Source: the human T2T-CHM13v2.0 reference genome, Homo sapiens
DNA: 64,000 nucleotides
Strand: one strand, 5' to 3'
NCBI RefSeq assembly: GCF_009914755.1
Contig: NC_060940.1
Shown here: piece by piece, positions 57,584-64,000 of the stretch
Numbering within the stretch: the first letter of the stretch is position 1
Layout of the letters: the number at the start of each line of letters is the position of its first letter
The notes under the pieces: generated by a model
Told to the model about the DNA's origin: nothing
Database searches by the model: none
Seen by the model: the letters and a program-made list of their open reading frames with translations, nothing else
Translations under genes and position numbers: made by a program

Positions 57584-60500
57584 GACAATTTGATTCCATT
57601 CGATGATGATTCCATTTGAGTTCATTCGATGATTCTATTCGATTCTCTTCGATGGTGATTCAATTCTATTATATTGGATGATTCCATTCGATTCCATTTG
57701 ATGTTGATTCAATTCGATTCTATTCGATGATGATTCCATTGGATTTCACTTGATGATTCTATTCGATTCCATTCAATGATGATTCACTTCTCGTCCATTG
57801 GATGATTCCATTACATTCCATTCGATGATGATTCCATTCGATTCCATTCGGTGATTCCATTTGATTCCATGCTTCGGTGAGCAATTCGATTCAATTCCAT
57901 GATGATTCTATTTGATTCAATTAGATGATGTTTCCATTCGAATCCATTCCATGATTATTCCATTGGAATCCATTCGGCGATGATTCCATATGAGTCAATT
58001 CAATGATGATTCCATATGGGTCCGTTCGATGATAATTCCATTTGATTTCATTCGGTGCTTCTATTCAATTCCAGTCGATGATGATTCCGTTGGAGTCCAT
58101 ACGATGATTCCATTTGATTTCATTTGATGATGATTCCATTCGATGATGATTACATTGGATTCCATTCTATGATTCCATTCAATTCCATTCGTTGATGATT
58201 CGATTCCATTCAATGATGATTCCATTTGAGTTCATTCGATGATTCTATTCGATTCCGTTCGATGGTGATTCAATTCTCTTATATTGGATGATTCCACTCG
58301 ATTCCATTTGACGATAATTCCATTGGAGTCCACTTAGTGAATCCTTTAGATTCTACTCGAAGATGATTCCATTCGAGTCCATTCGATGATACCATTCAAT
58401 TTCATTCGTTGATGCTTCCATTCAAGTGCATTCGATGATATCATTCGATTCCATTTGATGATAATTCCATTTGATTCCATGCGATGATTCTATTCGATTC
58501 CATTCAACGACAATTCCATTCAATTCAGTGATTCCTCTGGACTCCATTTGATGATGATTCCATTCAATGATTCCATTCGATTCTATTCGAAAATGATTCC
58601 ATTTGAATCCATTTGATGATGATTCCATTAGATTCCATTTGATGATTCCATTCGATTCCATTCAATGATGATTCCATTCGATTCCGTTTGATGATTCCAT
58701 TCTATTCTATTCGATGATGATTCCATTCGATTCCATTCGATGATGATTGGATTCGATTCCATTTGATTATTTCATTTGATTCCATTCGTTAATGATTTCG
58801 ATCAATTCCATTCGATGATTCCATTCGATTCCATTCGATAATGATTACATCCGAGTCCATTCGATGATTCCCTTTGAGCCTGTTCGATAATTCCATTTGA
58901 GTCCAACCAATGATTCCATTCATTTCCATTCAATGATTCCATTCGAGTCCATTTGATCATTCCGGTAGGGTCCATTCGATGTTGATTCCATTGGAGTGCA
59001 TTCGATGATTCCATTCGAGTCCATTTTATGATTTGATTCGAGTCCTTTCGATGATTCCATTCGATTCCACTCGATGATGATTTCATTCGAGTCCATTCGA
59101 CACTTCCAATCGATTCCATTTGATGTTTCCATTCGAGTCCAATTGATGATTCCATTCAATTCCATTCGATGATGATTCCGTACGATTCCATTCTGTGATG
59201 ATTCCATGTGATTGCATTCAATGATGATTCCTTTAGATTGCATTCGATTGTGATTCATTTCGTGTTCATTCTATGGTTCCACAGGTTTCCATTCGTGTCC
59301 ATTCCATTATTCCATTCTATTCCATTTGATGATGATTCCATTCGATTCCATTCATTGGTGATTCCACTCAATTCCATTCAATGATTCCATTCCATTTCTT
59401 TCAACAATGATTCCATTAGTTTCTATTCGATGATCCACTTGATTCCATTTGACGACGATTCCATTCGTGTCCATTCGATGATTCCATTTGATTCCATATG
59501 ATGATGATTCCATTCGATTCCATACGATGATGATTCCATTCGAGTCCATTCAATGGTGATTCCATTCAATTCCATTCGATGATTCCTTTCGATTCCATTC
59601 GATGATGATGGCATTCGATTCCTTTCAATCATTCCCTTTGATTCCATTCCGAGGTGATTTCATTCAAGTCCATTCGATAATTGCATTCGATTCCATTCTA
59701 TGATGATTCCATTCGAGTCCATTTGATGATTCCATTCAATTCAAGTCAATGATGATTCCATTCGATTCCATTCGATGATTCCATTGGATTCCATTCGATG
59801 ATGATTCCATTCAAATCCATTCGATAATTCAATTCAAGTCCATTCGATGATGATTAAAATCGAATCCATTCAAAGATTCCATTCAGTTCCATTCGATGAT
59901 TCCCTTAGATTCCATTAGATGATTCCACTTGATTTCATTTACGATGATTCCATTCGATTCCATGTGATGATTCCATTCAATTCTATTCAATGCTGTTTCC
60001 ATTTGATTCCATTCGACCATGATTGCCTTTGATTCCATTCAATGACTCCATTCGGTTCCTTTTGATGATGATTCCCTTCGATTCCATTTCATTATTCCAT
60101 TTGATTCCATTGGATGAGTCCATTCGATTACATTCGATGATTATTCCATTCGAGTGCATTAGATGATTCCATTCGAGTCCATTCGATGATTCCATTCGAT
60201 TCCATTCGATGTTGATTCTGTTCAAATCCATTCGATGATTCCACTCGATTCCATTCGATGACTCCAGTTGATCCCATTCGATGATTTCCTTTGATTCCCT
60301 TTGATGATCATTCCATTTGATTCAATTCGGTGATTTCATTTGATTCCATTCAGTGATGTTTCCATTCGACTCCATTCGATGATGATTCCATTCGACTCCA
60401 TTCGATTATGATTTCATTCAATTCCATTCGATAATGATTCCCTTCGAGTCCATTCGATGATTCCATTCGATTCCATTCAACGATGATTTGATTCGTGTCC

Positions 60501-63500
60501 ATTCGATGATTCCATTTGATTCCACTTGATGATGATTCCATTCGAGTCCATTTGATGATTCCATTCAATTCCATTCTCCGATGATTTCTTTTGAGCCCAT
60601 TCAATGCTTCCACTCGATTCCATATGATGATGACTCCATTCGATGAAATTCGATGACGATTCCATTCGCTTGCATTCGATGATGATTCCACTTGAGTCCA
60701 TTAGAAGATTCTATTCAATTACATTCCATGACGATTCCGTTCGAGTCCATTTGATGATTCCATTAGACTCCATTCGACGATGATTCCATTCGATGTTATT
60801 CGATGATTCCATTCGATCTCATTCGATGATGATTCCATTCAACTCCATTCGATGTTTCCATTCGAGTTCATTCTATTATTCCATTAGATTCCATTCGATG
60901 ATGATTCCATTCGATTCCATTTGATGATTGCATTCTATTTCATTTGATGATGATTCCATTCGAGTCCACTCGATGATTCCATTCGAGTCCATTTAATGAA
61001 TCCATTGGTTTCAATTCTATGATGATTACATTGGATTCCATTCGTTGATGATTTCATTCGGGTCCATTCAATGATGATTCAATTCAATTCCTTTCAATGT
61101 TTCCATTCAATTCCATACGATGATGATTCCATTTGATTTGATTCGACAGTGAGCCATTCGATTCAATTCCATGATGATTCTATTTGATTCCATTGGTTGA
61201 CATTTCCATTCGATTCCATTCGATGATGATTCCCTTTGATTCCATTCAAAGATGATTCCATTCTAGCCCATTCAATCATTCCATTCGATTCTATTCAATG
61301 ATGATTCCATTCATGTCGATTTGGTGATTCCATTTGACTTCATTTGATGATGATTCCTTTCAAGTTCATTAGATGATTCCATTCGATTCCATTTGATGAT
61401 GATCCCATTCGAGTCCATTCAGTGATTCCACTCGTTTCCATTCCATGATGATTCCATTCCATTCCATTCAATGATTCCATTCGATTCCGTTTGATGATGA
61501 TTTCATTCGAGTCCATTTGATGATTCCATTTGATTCCATTCGATGATGATTCCATTCGAGTCCATTCGATGATTCTATTCGAATCCATTTGATGATTTCT
61601 TTTGATTATAGTTGGTGATGATTCCATTGGAGTCCATTCAATGATTCCATTTGATTCCAATCGATGGTGATTCCATTAGAGTCCATTTAATGATTCCATT
61701 TGATTCCAGTCTCTGATGATTACATTCGAGTCCATACGATGATTCCACTCAATTCCATATGATGATGATTCCATTCGATTCCATTCGATGATTCCATTCT
61801 ATTCTATTCAATGGTGATTCCATTCGAGTACATTAGATGATTCCATTCGATTCCAATGATGATTCTATTTGTGTCCCTTAGATGATTCCACATGATTCCA
61901 TTAGATGATGATACTATTTGAGCCCATCCAATGATTCCCTTCGATTCCATTCGATGAGGATTCCATTCGATTCAATTCATTGGTGATTCTATTCAATTCA
62001 ATTCTTTGATTCCATTCCATTCCATTCGACAATGATTCCATTCGATTTCTTTCGATGATTCCACTCGATTCCACTTGACATTGATTCCCTTCGATTCCAT
62101 TCAATGATTCCATTTGATTCCAGTGGATGATGATTGCCATCGATTCCATTCCATCACGCCATTCTATTCCATTTGATGATGATTACATTCGATTCCATTT
62201 GACGATTCCATCTGATTCTATTCGAGGATTCCATTTGATTCCATTCGATGATGATTCCATTCGAGTCCATTCGATGATTTCATTCGAGTACATCCAATGA
62301 TTCCATTCGAGTCCATTTGATGATTCCATTTGATTCCATTTGATAATGATTCTACTAGAGTCCATTCAATGACTCCATTGGAGTCCATTCAACAATTCCA
62401 TTCGACTCCATTTGATGATTCCATTCGATTCCATTTGATGATTCCATTCGAGTCCATTTAATCATTACAGTCGAGTCCATTTGGTGATTCCACCGGATTT
62501 CTTTTGATAATGATACCATTCAATTACATTTGATGATGATCCCATTCAATTTCATTTGATGATGATTCCATTAGAGTCCATTCGATGATTTCATTCGAGT
62601 CCCTTCACTGATTCCATCCGATTTCATTGGATGATGACTCCATTCGAGTCCATTCGATGATTCCACTCGATTCCATTAGATGATTCCATTGGAGTCCATT
62701 TGATTGTTCCATTCGATTCCATTCGATTCCTTTCGAAGATTATTCCATTTGAGTCCATTCGATGATGATTCCATTCCATTCCATTCGATGATTCCGTTTG
62801 ATTCCATTCGATGATTCCCTTCGATTCCTTTCTTTGATGATTCCATTCCATTCCATTCAATGATTCCATTCGAATCTATTCCATGATGATTCCTTTCGAT
62901 TCCATTCGTTGATGTTTCCGTTCAATTCCATTCGATGATGATTCCATTCGATTCCATTCATTGAGGATTCCATTTGATTCCATTCAATGATGATTCCATT
63001 CTATTCCATTCAATGATTGCATTCAATTCCATTCAATGATTATCCCATTAGAGTAAACTCAACGATTCCATTCAATACCATTCGATGATGATTCCTTTTG
63101 AGTCCATTCAATGATTTCATTCAAGTCCATTTGATGATTCCTTTCAATTCCATTCTATGATGATTCCATTCGAGTCCATTCGATGATTCCATTCGATTGC
63201 ATTCGATGATTCCATTATATTCCATTCAACGATGATTCCATTCGAGTCCATTCGATGATTCCATTAGAGTACATTTAATGATTGCTTTGTTTTCAATTCG
63301 AAGATGATTACATTCGATTCCATTCTATGATACCATTCGATTCCATTCAATGATGATTCCACTCAAATCCATTGGATGATTCCATTCGTGTCCATTCGGT
63401 GATTTCATTAGATTCCATTCGAGGATGATTCCATTTGATTCCATTCGATGATTCCATTCAATTCCATTCGATGATGATTCCATTCCAGTCCATATGATCA

Positions 63501-63691
63501 TTCCATTTGATTTCATTCGATGATGATTCCATTCGATTCCATTCGATGATTCCATTCTATTCCATTCGATGATGATTCCATTCGAGTCCATTCGATGATT
63601 CCATTCGAGTCCATTTAATGATTCCATTGGGTTCAATTCAATGATGATTACATTGGATTCCGTTCTATGATTCCATTCAATTCCGTTCATT
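57584..63691 (+). repeat. Higher-order unit U9 (6,108 bp; 4-bp deletion near 61855)
   Basis: Anchor at 57584 and 63692. Reads TTCCATTCGATTCCAATGATG at ~61841-61861 where other units read TTCCATTCGATTCCATTCAATGATG. Offset to U2 drops from 47600 to 47596. Confidence 0.93.
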
Positions 63692-64000
63692 GACAATTTG
63701 ATTCCATTCGATGATGATTCCATTTGAGTTCATTCGATGATTCTATTCGATTCTCTTCGATGGTGATTCAATTCTATTATATTGGATGATTCCATTCGAT
63801 TCCATTTGATGTTGATTCAATTCGATTCTATTCGATGATGATTCCATTGGATTTCACTTGATGATTCTATTCGATTCCATTCAATGATGATTCACTTCTC
63901 GTCCATTGGATGATTCCATTTCATTCCATTCGATGATGATTCCATTCGATTCCATTCGATGATTCCATTTGATTCCATGCGTCGGTGAGCAATTCGATTC
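63692..64000 (+). repeat. Start of next higher-order unit U10 (cut by window edge)
   Basis: Anchor at 63692 followed by the same sequence as 1-309; carries CCATGCGTCGGTGAG like U2. Confidence 0.92.

Larger units (their letters stand above)
1..64000 (+). repeat. Satellite II (HSat2/HSATII) tandem array, CATTC strand on +
   Basis: Continuous degenerate ATTCCATTCGATTCCATTCGATG(ATG) and ATTCCATTCGAGTCCATTCGATG units from first to last base. Very dense TCGA (TaqI) and GANTC (HinfI) sites. The GATGAT spacers and CATTCGATTC dominance distinguish HSat2 from (CATTC)n-dominated HSat3. Confidence 0.98.

Noticed and set aside
338-63723. Numerous 60-132 aa minus-strand ORFs (MESSNGIEWNHR-like)
   Set aside because: They are translations of GAATGGAATC/ATC repeats. 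The minus strand is rich in ATG and poor in stops, while the + strand is full of TGA. The ORFs overlap in several frames, appear and vanish with single SNPs and show no domain content. Similar database 'hypothetical proteins' would be annotation artefacts.
1-64000. CRISPR-like repeat/spacer interpretation
   Set aside because: There are no constant repeats separated by unique spacers; all sequence derives from the same satellite motif, and there are no cas genes.
1-64000. Alpha satellite/CENP-B boxes, Alu or L1 insertions, telomeric repeats, inversions
   Set aside because: None seen on reading: no 171-bp monomer, no non-satellite sequence and no strand switch.

Overview
The whole 64 kb window is one uninterrupted, single-polarity array of classical satellite II (HSat2/HSATII; CATTCGATTC-derived 23/26-bp units such as ATTCCATTCGATTCCATTCGATG[ATG]), typical of human/primate pericentromeric heterochromatin. 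I see no genes, RNA genes, transposons or CRISPR arrays; every listed ORF is a translation of the satellite. The real structure is higher-order. The once-per-unit anchor (TT)GACAATTTGATTCC starts at 1, 9984, 16096, 27110, 33136, 39248, 45360, 51472, 57584 and 63692, giving units of 9983, 6112, 11014, 6026, 6112, 6112, 6112, 6112 and 6108 bp. The right half is a regular 6,112-bp repeat. The left half is a rearranged zone: a non-canonical ~1.83-kb HSat2 block (X) in three copies, a 16,095-bp-offset duplication, a chimeric 1,129-bp insertion and deletions in phase with the basic repeat. A ~6.1-kb period fits my recollection of the HSat2B array at 16q11.2, but that assignment is unverified. I found no evidence for a new gene-encoded system; the notable content is a readable record of satellite turnover. 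Junction coordinates were read by eye and are approximate (about +/-15 bp).
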